Source: Azolla caroliniana (taxonomy: Eukaryota; Plantae; Polypodiophyta). From it: 64,000 nt of DNA. The notes beneath the pieces were generated by a model. It worked only from the letters and a program-made list of their open reading frames with translations, did not search any database and had not been told where the DNA came from. Position numbers and translations under genes: made by a program. Where the stretch lies: NCBI GenBank assembly GCA_043228905.1, contig JBHGNT010000003.1:24924001-24988000 (forward strand), read 5' to 3'. Positions 52,617 through 64,000 of this stretch are shown here, piece after piece (within the stretch, counting starts at the first letter, position 1; every line of letters begins with the position of its first letter).

Positions 52617-53534
52617 GTACCAGACATTGTAGAAGATGCACATGGATTCAAAACCTCTTGAAGATGTAAATTTAGTATTTCATTTCCTCCTCTTTAGCAC
52701 ATGATGAGACACTAGCACCATGGTGTATTTAGTTGAAATGGTTAATGTGTAAACGCTTTTTGCATTAGATTCATGAAGCACTACCTGGATGCTCTTTCAA
52801 CAGCGTTTTGGTGAACAGGTGTGTACATCCACATTCAAAATCTCAAACGTGTGTGCATATTATTGAAAAATTCAAGGCTAGGAAATCCCAAATATACCCA
52901 CTCCCTTATACCAGGATATTGTATCAAGGGTAATATCAAATCTACCGTACACTAAATCTATATAATAAAGTTGTTAAAGCAAAGGTTCCACTAATAGCAA
53001 TGCTGATCAATGCTAATTGAGTATGCATCAAGCAATGTCAGGGGTTTGTTTGATTTTTTATTGGTCTTAACACTAAAGAGGTAATGTTGATCTTACAGGT
53101 ACGTAGATGGGAACAACTATGCGGGGTGGCATGCCGATGATGAAAAGTTGTACGGATCAACGCCGACAATTGCATCGGTGTCTCTTGGAGCTGAGAGAGA
53201 TTTCTTAATCCGGAGAAAGAAAATCAAAAGTCCAAAAGAAAACTTGATTGATGTACGACAATCAAGAAAGATGAGTACCTATGATGAGCCTTTACCCAAT
53301 GAATCGACAAACAAAACAAAGAGAAAACTACCCTCTGGCTCTAGCTCTGGTTTAGTCAATAATATTCCAAGGGACCTACACACATTCTCTTTGCAACATG
53401 GTTCTATGCTTGTGATGAGAGGGTATACACAAAGAGATTGGGAGCATTCGGTTCCTTGTCGTAAGAGAGTGAATGAGCTTCGCATCAATCTTACCTTCAG
53501 GTATATCGAGGCTTCAGAGGCCACAACTACTTAG
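51886..53534 (+). CDS. ALKBH2: AlkB-family Fe(II)/2-oxoglutarate DNA oxidative demethylase, ALKBH2-like (4 coding exons)
   Basis: Exons 51886-52059, 52310-52426, 52769-52818, 53099-53534. Motifs: 'LPWTRPTLSIFGRKCEQPRETCYVA', 'FNSVLVNRY', HxD 'GWHADDEKLYG', 'HSVP', 'RINLTFR'. An in-frame TAG at 51880 fixes the start; the acceptor at 51878 implies a 5'UTR intron. Confidence 0.92.
52448..52620. repeat. (TATATG)n microsatellite in ALKBH2 intron 2
   Basis: Directly visible. Confidence 0.95.
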
Positions 53535-54259
53535 ATTCTTTGAGTTTTTAATGCAACGAGCATATACATTCTACGATGCATTTTAATCGCTGAAATTGTA
53601 AATGCTGAGCATACTGTGCAATGAACTTTCCTCATCAGAGTCAAAAAACTATATAAAAGGATCTCTTCCATGTGTGTGATGCAGAGCACATTGATTCAGG
53701 CATTTGTTTTAGTTATTTTCTGCAAGGGAAACCATATAATTAGCTCATGTAATTGAGGCATGTTTATGCCATTTCCATCTACATGCCTTTTGAATCCATA
53801 TTGATGAAATCGCAGATTGATATTTCAACTAGTGAGGTGGTGATGGATATTTGTTTGTGATAGGTTGGGTGTGTACTACATGTCTCATTTATCCATTCCC
53901 TTGGCCTATGGATGAAATTACTTAAAGAGTTCATGATGACTCATTTTTATTCAATTTCTTGGGCGATGGATAAATTTATGCAAGATTCCTATTTAACACT
54001 CATGTTTCATCAATTGGGCTATGGATGAAACTATAAGGTTTAACAAGGCTGAACCATATAAGGCTTATATAGCTATGTGATCTTTAGATGCTCATAGATT
54101 ATGTGAGAAACACTAACTCAAGGAATTATGAAGGGTTAAGTCATCAATCTTACCCCTGATCAGTAGGAGGGGAAACTTTGATATTTTCCATTTAAATTAT
54201 GTGGATTTCAATAGGAACCCACAACAGCGTGAAAATTGTGCCAGAATTGACTAACAACC

Positions 54260-54390
54260 TAATTGTTGAATTGAAGAAGAGATTATATCTGGCCTTGTTA
54301 CATCAGTGATCTTATATGGGAAACCATCTTAGTTGTTGAAGTGAAGAAGAGATTATATATGGCCTTGTTACATCAGTGATCTTATATGGT
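54260..54390. repeat. About 71-bp tandem duplication
   Basis: Two copies of TTGTTGAA.TGAAGAAGAGATTATAT.TGGCCTTGTTACATCAGTGATCTTATATGG. Confidence 0.85.
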
Positions 54391-55541
54391 TATGGATAAG
54401 AACTTATTGCAAGCTTCAGCCTGGCTATCAAAATGTTAACTTCATGTTGTGATATTGTAACCCCTCACAATGCAATACAAGCAGAATCTGAACCGCTTCA
54501 TGTTAAGCTTTTAGTGCAATGTAAGCGCCCCTTATAAGCATGAAGAATCTTTAAGGCCCTATATAAGTGCTTTTATGGATAATGTTCTGTAAGATGACCA
54601 TCTCATCATTCACAAATACTCTATGAACCAATCACGTCAAGTTTCATATGAACCAATCACTTGATAGAACAAAATGAAAACAACGTGAAGCTCTCCATTT
54701 ATATTCATATCAAGACTATTACAACATGATATGAATGGCACTTTGGGTTCCATCGTCCTTTAACATATTCTTGGCCCTTTTCATTGGATGGTCTTTCCTA
54801 CATAAACACTTCCAAAAACATCATAGGACTACAATGTCTTATAGAACATGGACACCATCACGTAGAACATTCTCTTCAGGTCTGTCTATGTGGATCATTC
54901 ATTATAAAGTGACAAAACCACTAAATAAGGCCCTATATAGGCACTTCAGAGGTAGGACTCAACTTTTCAAGCTAAGTTTCTCACAATGATCGACTTCTTG
55001 TTTAACTAGAATGCAGCACAACTATTGATTTTAATCAATCACATTATTAGTAATTTTCAAATCATGGTTCTCAAAACAACACCCATCCTATTTTGAATTC
55101 GAGAACAAAAAAAACAACCTACTTTACACTTTTGAACTACATGCTTTTAAGTCTACCATAAGTTTTCAATCTAGGCTTCTTGAAACAACAAGGGCTAGCA
55201 CAGGATTATCTAACAAACTTTTAACAACATTTCACAACTAAGCTTCTTGAAACAACAAAGTTACCTATTTAGAAGATTATCTGTGCCAATACAGGTTCTA
55301 GAATGTGTCAACTACAATTCTAAACAGGGTAAGGCTTTTTTACTTCAGAAGAGAAGGGGAAAATGTCATAAAAAGTACAATTTTCGTTGTGTACAAACAG
55401 AAGAGAAAGAGAATGAGGAAGGGGCGCCTTCCTTCGCATCATTTGTCTTCCTTCGCATTCTTAGATTAGGATGAATCAACGAGCTAGACAAAAAGAGGAA
55501 TGCATCATATGTCTTCCTTCACATTCTTAGATTAGGATGAA

Positions 55542-58500
55542 TCAAGTCAAAGAATTAAGGATAGTTTGATAGCGTTGGGTCACTGCTGCCCAACCCGCTT
55601 GTGTGGGATGAGCCCCATCCCAAAAAAATGTCTGGCCTGAATCTGGACATATGCTATACAGAGCATTTCCTTTTTCATCAACACTTCCACACCCGGCTCC
55701 ATCCTTAATTCCTTGACAACACGAGTGCAATACCACCCCTTGAGAGAAACCTGCGGTTACACAAAAAAACTACATTATACAAGGCGAAACTATTTCTCAA
55801 CCAACATTGGGCAATTGCCTTCTTCATTAAGGGAAATAAATGTTTAACCACATTCAGTAATTGTTCCTTTTTTAAGTAGAATATCTGTCAACAATACTCA
55901 GTATTTGTTCATTTTGTTAAGCTAAATATGTACATAAAGAAAACATTTTTCCCTGTACTACATGCGAATGGAGAATGAGAGAGAGACCATATTTGATATG
56001 GCTAACTCAGACTGTTTGGAAATCGTGAAATAATAAATTCAATAAACCAATGTGGCACATAGTATCATTTACAAGAAAGAGTGAGAATGAGAGGGAGCAC
56101 ATTTGAGATAACTGAATCAAACGGTTGGGAAACTGTGAGATCATAAATTTGATTAACCGATGTGGGACATAGTACCATTACCATTTACAAGAAAGAGAGA
56201 AAGAGAGAAAGAGAGGTTCTTTAATGACCAAATGGTTGTAGCTTAATTGGTAAGGTTGTCATGTAGAGACCAGCATGTCAAGTGTTAGGCCAAGACATTC
56301 TTTAGAAATGGCTTTGAATTCAAGTCTTCAAGTAAATCAATAGGCCCAAATACAAGAAAAGAACAAAGAATTGAACCTTTAGGCTGTGTTTCTTTGCAAC
56401 TTAAGATTACCGGTTGAAGTCCCAAATAAGTATTTGACATTGATTCCTTTTTGTATCATCTAATGCATTTCTCTTTTACGAAAAGAAAAGAAAAAGTGAC
56501 ACAGAAAAAGAGAGAGAGAGAGATGTTACCGTATTTGGAGCTTGAAGAGAGCACTTCTAGAAAGCTATTGTATTGATCTAAGAGCAAGTACTTCGAATTT
56601 CGACCTCGAAAAGTTCGAAGGGTAATGAGAGTTTGTGCGAGGAATCGGTTATGCACTGAGCTAAGTACATTGTCCCTTCTACTGCAATTATTCATACTTT
56701 TTGATATTGTTATGACAGGAAGGCACCCTGCTGGTTCCAAATTAGTTACCGCGAACCTTCGAAATCCAATCTTGTGTAGTCTTGTTAGTTCAGTTGATAT
56801 CCGGCTCACAACCTTCGTTATGAAAAAGGGTATACCCTGAAAGGAATTTCACATATATTTACCATGAAAGCCCATATATTAATAGGTTTTATGAATTTTA
56901 TATAATAATAAAATAATAACCTTAAATTCTTCTTTTTAGTTAAGGCTGGTTGAAATTATATATCATAAAATTTATGACTCATAAGCTTTGAAACCTTTGG
57001 TAGCTTTTATTCATTTCAAATTCTTTATTAAAAATCTCTAATAGACATCATTTTTTCCCTATGGGATCTTATGTATCAACAATTCTAAATTTCACAGAAC
57101 ATTAGTTTTCAGATTTATATTAAAGACTTCAAGTTCTTTAAAATGTTCCTTTACTAATAGTAAACCTTCATTTTCATGGGTTAAAAGGCTCACTAAACTA
57201 ACCAATCAAACTTCTTTGTCTTTTTTATTAAAGCAGACATCATATCCCACTATGTTTTAATTAAACATATAATTTTACAAACTTATTTTCAGCTTTAAAT
57301 TTGTAATTTTTTAGACAACAACTCTAATATTTTACAATATGTCTCCCAAATCTTAAAAAGATTTACAGATTTACATGGTTTTACTCACTCTAGATATCTT
57401 AAACTTCCATGTTTCTGGGTTATATTAGGTATTAAATTTCTTTGTCATATAAAAAAGTCCGAATATCTTTTTAAATATCTAGCTGCCTTTAAATAATTTA
57501 AAAATTTTAGCAATAGTTTTATTCACCCTAGAAAACATTCCTTCAATTTCCAACCTCGTTTTCATGGGTTTTTTATTATTTTATGCACTTATTATCATGT
57601 ATAGAACAAACATACCTACCCTGGGACCATACTTCTGAAGGTGGACACTGTAGTCATTTCCACCATAAACAAAAAGTACCAGAGAGTTCTGATAATCAAT
57701 ATGTTTCCCATTTGAAAGTTTCTCAAATTGATCTATCTGCACACTAATATTGATGTATTCAGGACCATAAGTATAGAAAAGCCCACTTCCCCCATATGCA
57801 AAATTGACCCCATTACTCGGCATCTCCCCCTCTTTCAATGAGCTGAATGGTACTGGTGATGGTAGGTTCAAGAACTTTGCTGCAATCCAAAGATATTGAA
57901 ATTTTGAGTTCAAGATTGATGACTAAATCATGTATTGCAGAATTATCCATATATGAATAAGAATAAATCTGTACTTGAATGAAGAAAATTCAGGTATCGA
58001 TGGTTGGAGGGATAAACATTTAGTGGTAGAATATCTTGTTCCATACAATAAAATGATAGTACATGGCATAAAGTTCACTGAGATTCAAACCATTTGTACA
58101 ACTCATTTGATGAAAAATTAACTCAAATAACATTAGTAATTTTAAAGGCCCAGATATCAATGTTCAAAGAATTATTTTTTTCTTTAGTAATCAGTTGAGT
58201 TTCATTTAAGGGCCATATATTTAGAGCCACTGATTAAATTAGGAGTGTCATTGTCAAGTGAGTTGGTCTCCGTTTTTGAGAATGGTTTCCTAGCTAATCC
58301 GCTGTGTTTCCATTTCATACATCAAACAATTAAAAAATTATGATGAAATACCACAAATGTAAAAGAATGCAGTAGAAATCTTTATTTATACTTCTTTTGG
58401 ATAATTGCTCCCTGTAACCCATTGGACAAGACTTCAACTCCTACCCCTGTTTTGAATGCCAGTTCAAAATAGCAACCAATGCCTCATTAAGAAAGAGAAA

Positions 58501-59657
58501 GAAAAAAGATGCATTAAAATCTCTTGATAGCAATGCATGTCTTTGCAAAAATGATAAAAACAATTACATAAATCCGTCAATTGTCTAGCATAAATACAAT
58601 AATAAAAAAGATACCTACCATACATACAATACTATAAATCTGTTACACGTGTTTGCTTAAAAGCTTAAGATCCAGCAAAACTACAAATCAAAATGTAGCA
58701 ACATATGAATCCTTTACATTTATTTTGCTATAATTGAGCAAAATTGTCTCACATAGAGGGTCATAATCTAGCAAAATAAATGTTTTGAAATAAGAGCATT
58801 ACGATGTAGCAAGATTAGTTTGGGATAAATGTATTAAGATTAGTGAGCTTAGTCTCAGATAAGAATGTTAACATCTAGGAAATCTGTTTCCAATAAGAGT
58901 GTCTTAATCTAGTAAAACAAAGCAAGAGTTTTTAATATCAATTTCATATTCATGTAAGAAAGTTTATAATCTGGAAAAACTTATAATAATCTAGTGGATA
59001 ATCTACCAGAGCGTATAATCTAAGAAATCAACAAAACTCATAATTTACAAAATTGTAATCTATAATCTAGATTTTACACAAAGATTATGTCCAGATAAAA
59101 GTGTGGAAGCATGTGCAAATAAATAAATAAATATATGTTGTATTTACCGATATAATCTGTGAGCACGAATCCATCCGAGAATCGACCGGTTGGATTTCCA
59201 GGCCATGTACTTCCATAAGGCACTCTCCAAGGTTGTGCAACTTTGGGGTCTTTCTGGTCATGGTTCCCAGTGTCCGCATATGAGTCCCCGAATACGAACA
59301 TGGCATCGGGTCTTGCCCCTTCTACTCCACCTTCACCTAGAAGAAAGGCAAAAACAGAGTTTCTATGACCAAAATTACTGGAACAGCTGCAGCTTATATG
59401 CAATATCAGAGTTTTGTTTTAGATAGCTCAACGATATTAAGTGCATTTCTGTTGAAAGGTAAAAAAAATATAGAAAAATCAGATGTATCCGAGGAAGCCT
59501 CATCTGGCGCGTTTGCAAATATCAAATTCAAAAGAATAAAGAAGCATTCAAACTGAGGGTATATATGAATAGAATCTAGAAGAATACCTGGATGAAGAAG
59601 AGGGAAGAGGCAGAGGCAGAAGCAGAGCAGGATGAGAAACGCCACGGTTTCTCTCAT
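55542..59657 (-). CDS. Secreted GDSL/SGNH esterase-lipase (5 exons)
   Basis: Exons 59657-59588 (signal peptide MRETVAFLILLCFCLCLFPLLHP), 59336-59148, 57879-57620, 56836-56530, 55750-55542. Blocks: 'FVFGDSYADTGN', 'PTGRFSDG', 'GVNFAYGGSG', 'YGGNDY', 'FFWDGAHPTQAGW'. Confidence 0.92.
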
Positions 59658-59897
59658 CTTCCTCTGTCTCTGTGCCTCTCTGTCTCTGTTTCTCTGTGCC
59701 TCTCTATGAAGCAGTGAGGAAGAACTGTATGTATGTACTAACTAAAACAAAACAAAACAAAAATTAGTGACAGAAATCGCAACAACAAGTTGAAATGATT
59801 GCTTCTATTTTTACTTTCTTCCCCCATTTCTGCATTCAATGCTCCTCAGCTCTGTTCGGCTGTTCTAATGTCTCTCATAAATACTCTTACTACTCCT

Positions 59898-60022
59898 TCC
59901 TGCTTTTTTTGCCTTCTGCTTTCTGCTTTCTGCTTTTCCGCTTTTGCTTTTCGGCTTTTCCGTTTTATGCTTTCTGCTTTTCTGCTTTCTGCCTTCTGCT
60001 TTTTCTTTTTCCTTTTGCTTCT
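59898..60022. repeat. Degenerate (CTTTCTG)n heptamer repeat upstream of the GDSL gene
   Basis: Directly visible. Confidence 0.8.
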
Positions 60023-62144
60023 TGGTAAGAGAAGTGGAAGAGTAGGTTGTGGTCTGATGAAAGGCCCATTTCGAGTAAGGCCATGACATTATGACCATGG
60101 CATACATACAAATGGACGGGTACAAATTTCAGAAGATTATGAAAAACTGATATTGCATTTGCCCAGTTAGTAAATTTTTTACCTGTTCTGGGCAGCCTAG
60201 AAAGGCCTGATTCTAGAAAGATCGAAATAATGAAGAGTAAAAGTTTCGTGAGACTATATCAAAACCATATTAGATAGTGAGTTGGTACATACATGTATTC
60301 GGGCCTATTTTTGGCCATTTTATTTGTCCAACAAAACAATTGTTAGCCTTCGAAAGCCAAATCCTTGTAAAGAAAAATCGTTAGCCTTCAAATTGGCAAA
60401 ACCTAGTAAGACAATAAAATTAAAGGGTAAAAACTTCATAGGACTACCAAAAGTGACAATACATAGTAGGCTATAGTATACGTAAACAATGGGTTGGAAA
60501 TGTGCAAAGATTGTAAGTTTGGAAATAGAGGAGAAGTAAGACATTATAACATAGGCATGGTTTGTTCTTGGAGCAATTTGCCATGAATGAGATTAGTCAT
60601 GTCCCACAACAATGACAAATCTAAAGGCATGAAGTTGTACATATGTGGATCACTTAAAAGTTGTATTTGATCATTTGAGCCTTGTGACCAAATGATAGTA
60701 GATAGATCAAATACAAGGTTCCCATGGTTGGGTCTCTTTAACACAACAAAATTGTTTTGTCCATGCCAAGCTGGACACTATTGACTTGAGAGAGGGCTCT
60801 CTAAGTAGAATGTCATTAAGGTGATGAAAAGAAACATGTTGAATGTAGATCGTCTAGATGGTCTTATGCGAGTATCATTAAATAGCCCAGGTACTTCATT
60901 GTGTGCAATTGGATCGTGTAATTTGTAAAAATGTAAAATATAGAAGGGCTAGTTAGATATCTATAAATTTTGAGAAACAAATCCATGTTTTTGGGAATTA
61001 TACTGATGTGTGTCATGATAATATGCATAGTTATACAATTCATTGGTCTCTTTCACTATTGAAAAGTTGTCGCATACCTAATAAGTAAAATTATTTCCAA
61101 AACTATCATTTGACAAGTAAATTTAATGAAAATTTCATATGGAATGTTTACTTGAGTGACAAGAGTGATTGCTTAAACATCATTGCTCAAGTCCATGATG
61201 ACATTATCCATGTAGAGAAAAGAGTGACATTCAATCAATTAGTCAAGTGCTTATTGTCCTCAATGTTTGTTGACATTGATATATACTTCAAGGCACATGC
61301 TTTATGTATCATGTGTGAAATAGTGTTTTTATTTCTAAGGCCTCAACAAAATTATATAAATTGTCTTCTCCAATACCATTACCCAATGCTATTACCACCA
61401 TTAATATAAGATCGAAACATCATTATAAGATATGGGTTGTGCATGACATAAGCCCCGTCTCAATCACCACATATTGATCGTGAACACCATAGAACATGCG
61501 TGGAGAACAATCATCAACCAATATGTGAACCATAGCTCGAATAATAATCATAGATAAAGACATAGGTTGAATTTTGAACATCATAGATTGAGATACGAGA
61601 TATCATTTCAGATCATGACAGAAACTGACAACACGAGGCCAAATCCGATAATCGTGGAACGAATAAGATGCGATATTCATTGTCGATCATTGCAAAAAGC
61701 AATTGCACGAGGCCAAGTTTCGAGCATCATAAGCTTGGACATGGAAGGATCATTCAGATAATCGGTGGCTTCCACGTGAGCCATGACAGACCGATCATCC
61801 CAAACAAGCAAGCAAGCAAGTAGGGGAGGGCTATTTGGATCGTGATAGACACGATTTGTTTTTGTTGGGCAGGTGTGCCTCACTAGGGCCGTTCGGATCG
61901 TGATAGCGATAGATAGTGGACACAAATTGTTTTGTTGGGCAGGTGTGCCCCCCCCATTAATGGCCCCCCCTCCCCAATGGGTGGCCAATTGTTGGCCGTC
62001 CATCTTCCATTTTTAGCCATTTTCCATTTCTGTCCCTTTTCCCTGCCATCATCATCATCATCATCATCATCGTCTTCGTCTTCTGCTGCTTCTTCTTCAG
62101 TCCATAGATCCTCACTACTCTGATACATGCTTTCTTCACCGGCG

Positions 62145-62190
62145 ATGGAGTCCACTACCATCGATTTCATCAATCAGACTTTCCCTAATG
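62145..62190 (+). CDS. VPS53: Probable first coding exon of VPS53/HIT1 (GARP/EARP subunit); gene continues beyond the window
   Basis: ATG...'MESTTIDFINQTFPN' plus G|GTTAGT donor (phase 1) resembles the recalled Arabidopsis HIT1 start MDKSSALEYINQMFPTE. Preceded by a CT/CAT-rich 5'UTR-like stretch. Exon 2 was not identified in the window. Confidence 0.5.
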
Positions 62191-63392
62191 GTTAGTTATC
62201 TCTCTCTCTCTCTCTCTCACTCAGAAGAAGTAGATCCGAATCATGAAGAAACGATAGAGAAATCACGGTATCTTCTTCCGCGATGAGATGAACCTGAGAT
62301 CTAATTTCTGTCTTCGGTTCGAATGAATTACATCTATAGTAATGCATTTCGAAGGAAATTACAGAGTATCTGTAGCTCAAATTGAGCTCTTCGAAACGAG
62401 CGAAAAATAATTTCGTCGCAACTCAGAAAGATGTGACACAGAAACAAAGCTAGAACTCTTCTCTTTGGAAGAAAATTTTCTCTTTGCAAGAAGAAACCAC
62501 ATTTATGTGTTTTCTCAAAGAAATGATGGAGAAATGAATGAATCAGTGAGGTGACTTCGATCTCCTGGTTGAAATCAATCACAGCTAAATATTTTCTCCT
62601 TGGAGAAATAACAGAGAAATGAGTGATCTAGGAGATTTCTATGTTCCATTCGTATGAATGAGTTGGAAGAAATGATAAAAAATCATCTCTAATGATCGAT
62701 CTGTGTGGCCTCTATGTTGCATTTGCCTGAATCATAGCTATACGTTTGCTCTGAATAATGCATAAGGGCAAGAATTTTACATCACAGTGAAAGAAAGCAC
62801 AGCATGTATGAGCTTTTGGCAGTGGTAATAAAATTAAATGGGTAGGAGAGATTTGCACTGGTTCAGGTCCGGACATAACCGATCTCAATAGATGTGGATT
62901 CTAATGTCAGATAGTGGATGAGTAATGTATGATGGTCTGGATCTACGAAGCTGGTGAGATGCAACATAGATAGCAAGATCAGTGCCGTATGACAAGCTGT
63001 AGCATAGCTATTTCAAATGCTAGATCTTCCCAATGGGTTCTCATGGAGATGCATGCAATCTGTTTGCTGGTCTGCAATGCTGTTTATGAAGATACATCGT
63101 CTATCGCTCATTTCTGGACCTTTGGACATTCTTGTCATGTGCATTATATATATATCACAGATGTAGGTAAAACTAAGATAGAGGCCAAACATACGAGATT
63201 TAACTTCACCGGATCATGTATACCAACCTGTAATGTGCCGCTGATCCTAGATGGAAGTCAGTAACAGAGTTGTGTGCAGTAGTAGATTGGCAAACATAAC
63301 AAAATGGAAAAAAATTTGAAATGTATTAATGGCTGAAAACAGTATAAGACATAACCAGGCGAAGATTACTGTGAAAAGCTTGTGGTTGGATT

Positions 63393-63812
63393 GGAGAGAG
63401 AGAGAGAAAGAAAGAAAGAAAGAAAGAAATATTAACGTCTTTTAAGAGGCCAAAATGGCCTATGAGACCAAACAAGTGATTATGTCTTAAGTATTGTCTT
63501 GTCTTTGAGAACAGCAAATCAAAATAAAATAAATATTACTCAGTAAATATAAAAGTAAATAAGATAAAAAGAGATGAAAAGATCTGGTTTCGGCACGTTG
63601 GAGAAAGAAAGATATATGAACGTCTTCTAAGAGGCCAAAATGGCATATAAGACCAAACAAGAGATTACATCTTAAGTGCTGTCTCGTCTTTGAGAACAAC
63701 AAACCAAAATAGAGATATTAACGTCTTTTAAGAGGCCAAAATGTCCTATAAGACCAAACAGGAGATTACATCTTAAGTGTTTTCTCATCTTTGAGAACAA
63801 CAAACCAAAATA
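63393..63812 (-). mobile_element. Three tandem copies of about 95 bp of a LINE/SINE 3' terminus with a (TTTC)n(TC)n tail
   Basis: Copies at about 63431, 63619 and 63718 of ATTAACGTCTTTTAAGAGGCCAAAATGGCCTATGAGACCAAACA...TCTTTGAGAACA.CAAA.CAAAATA; homologous to the LINE end at 12075-12118. Confidence 0.65.
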
Positions 63813-64000
63813 AATGTTATCAGGTAAAAAAAAGGTAAATAAGATAAAAAGTGACTAAAGGATCTTGTTATTGGTACATGTACAATTCTCAAGTCAGATA
63901 TATTGTAATTTTATATTGTAATTTTTTTCTTCGAAAGATCCATAGGATATGTTCATCCAGAATGGAGAGGTTTCCAAAGCGACGGAAGCACCTAGGATGG

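Noticed and set aside
61883-62173. Acidic minus-strand ORF (poly-Asp), and likewise 21134-21502
   Set aside because: Antisense reading of (CAT)n/(TCA)n tracts in the 5' regions of + strand genes
94-62190. Functional cluster of Patched-like, TBC1D5, VPS53 (endosomal/sterol trafficking) and a BONOBO-like gene
   Set aside because: The genes are interspersed with unrelated loci and TEs. Plant gene order is rarely functional, and there is no synteny or co-expression evidence from the sequence alone.
63431-63812. CRISPR-like repeat-spacer array (also 19281-19600 and 46248-47015)
   Set aside because: Eukaryotic context, degenerate repeats, no unique equal-length spacers and no cas genes

Overview
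AT-rich, intron-containing land-plant nuclear DNA, most consistent with a seed-free vascular plant such as a fern (inference from gene content and repeat types). Eight protein-coding loci can be supported by manual splicing. (1) The 3' 18 exons of a sterol-sensing-domain RND-type membrane protein whose diagnostic motifs resemble animal Patched rather than plant NPC1 (94-8140, +). (2) A TBC1D5-like RabGAP (+). (3) A SKIP11-type F-box/kelch protein with a His/Glu-rich N-terminus (-). (4) A PLS-E class PPR protein (-). (5) A subfamily VIIIa (BONOBO/LAX1-like) bHLH (+). (6) ALKBH2 (+). (7) A GDSL lipase (-). (8) The probable first exon of VPS53 (+). Intergenic DNA holds LINE fragments, a solo LTR with a perfect 5-bp TSD nested in an L1, an 18-bp satellite, and many micro- and minisatellites. 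The most notable observation is the intact, compact Patched-like gene in a plant. Family assignments come from recalled motifs, not database searches.
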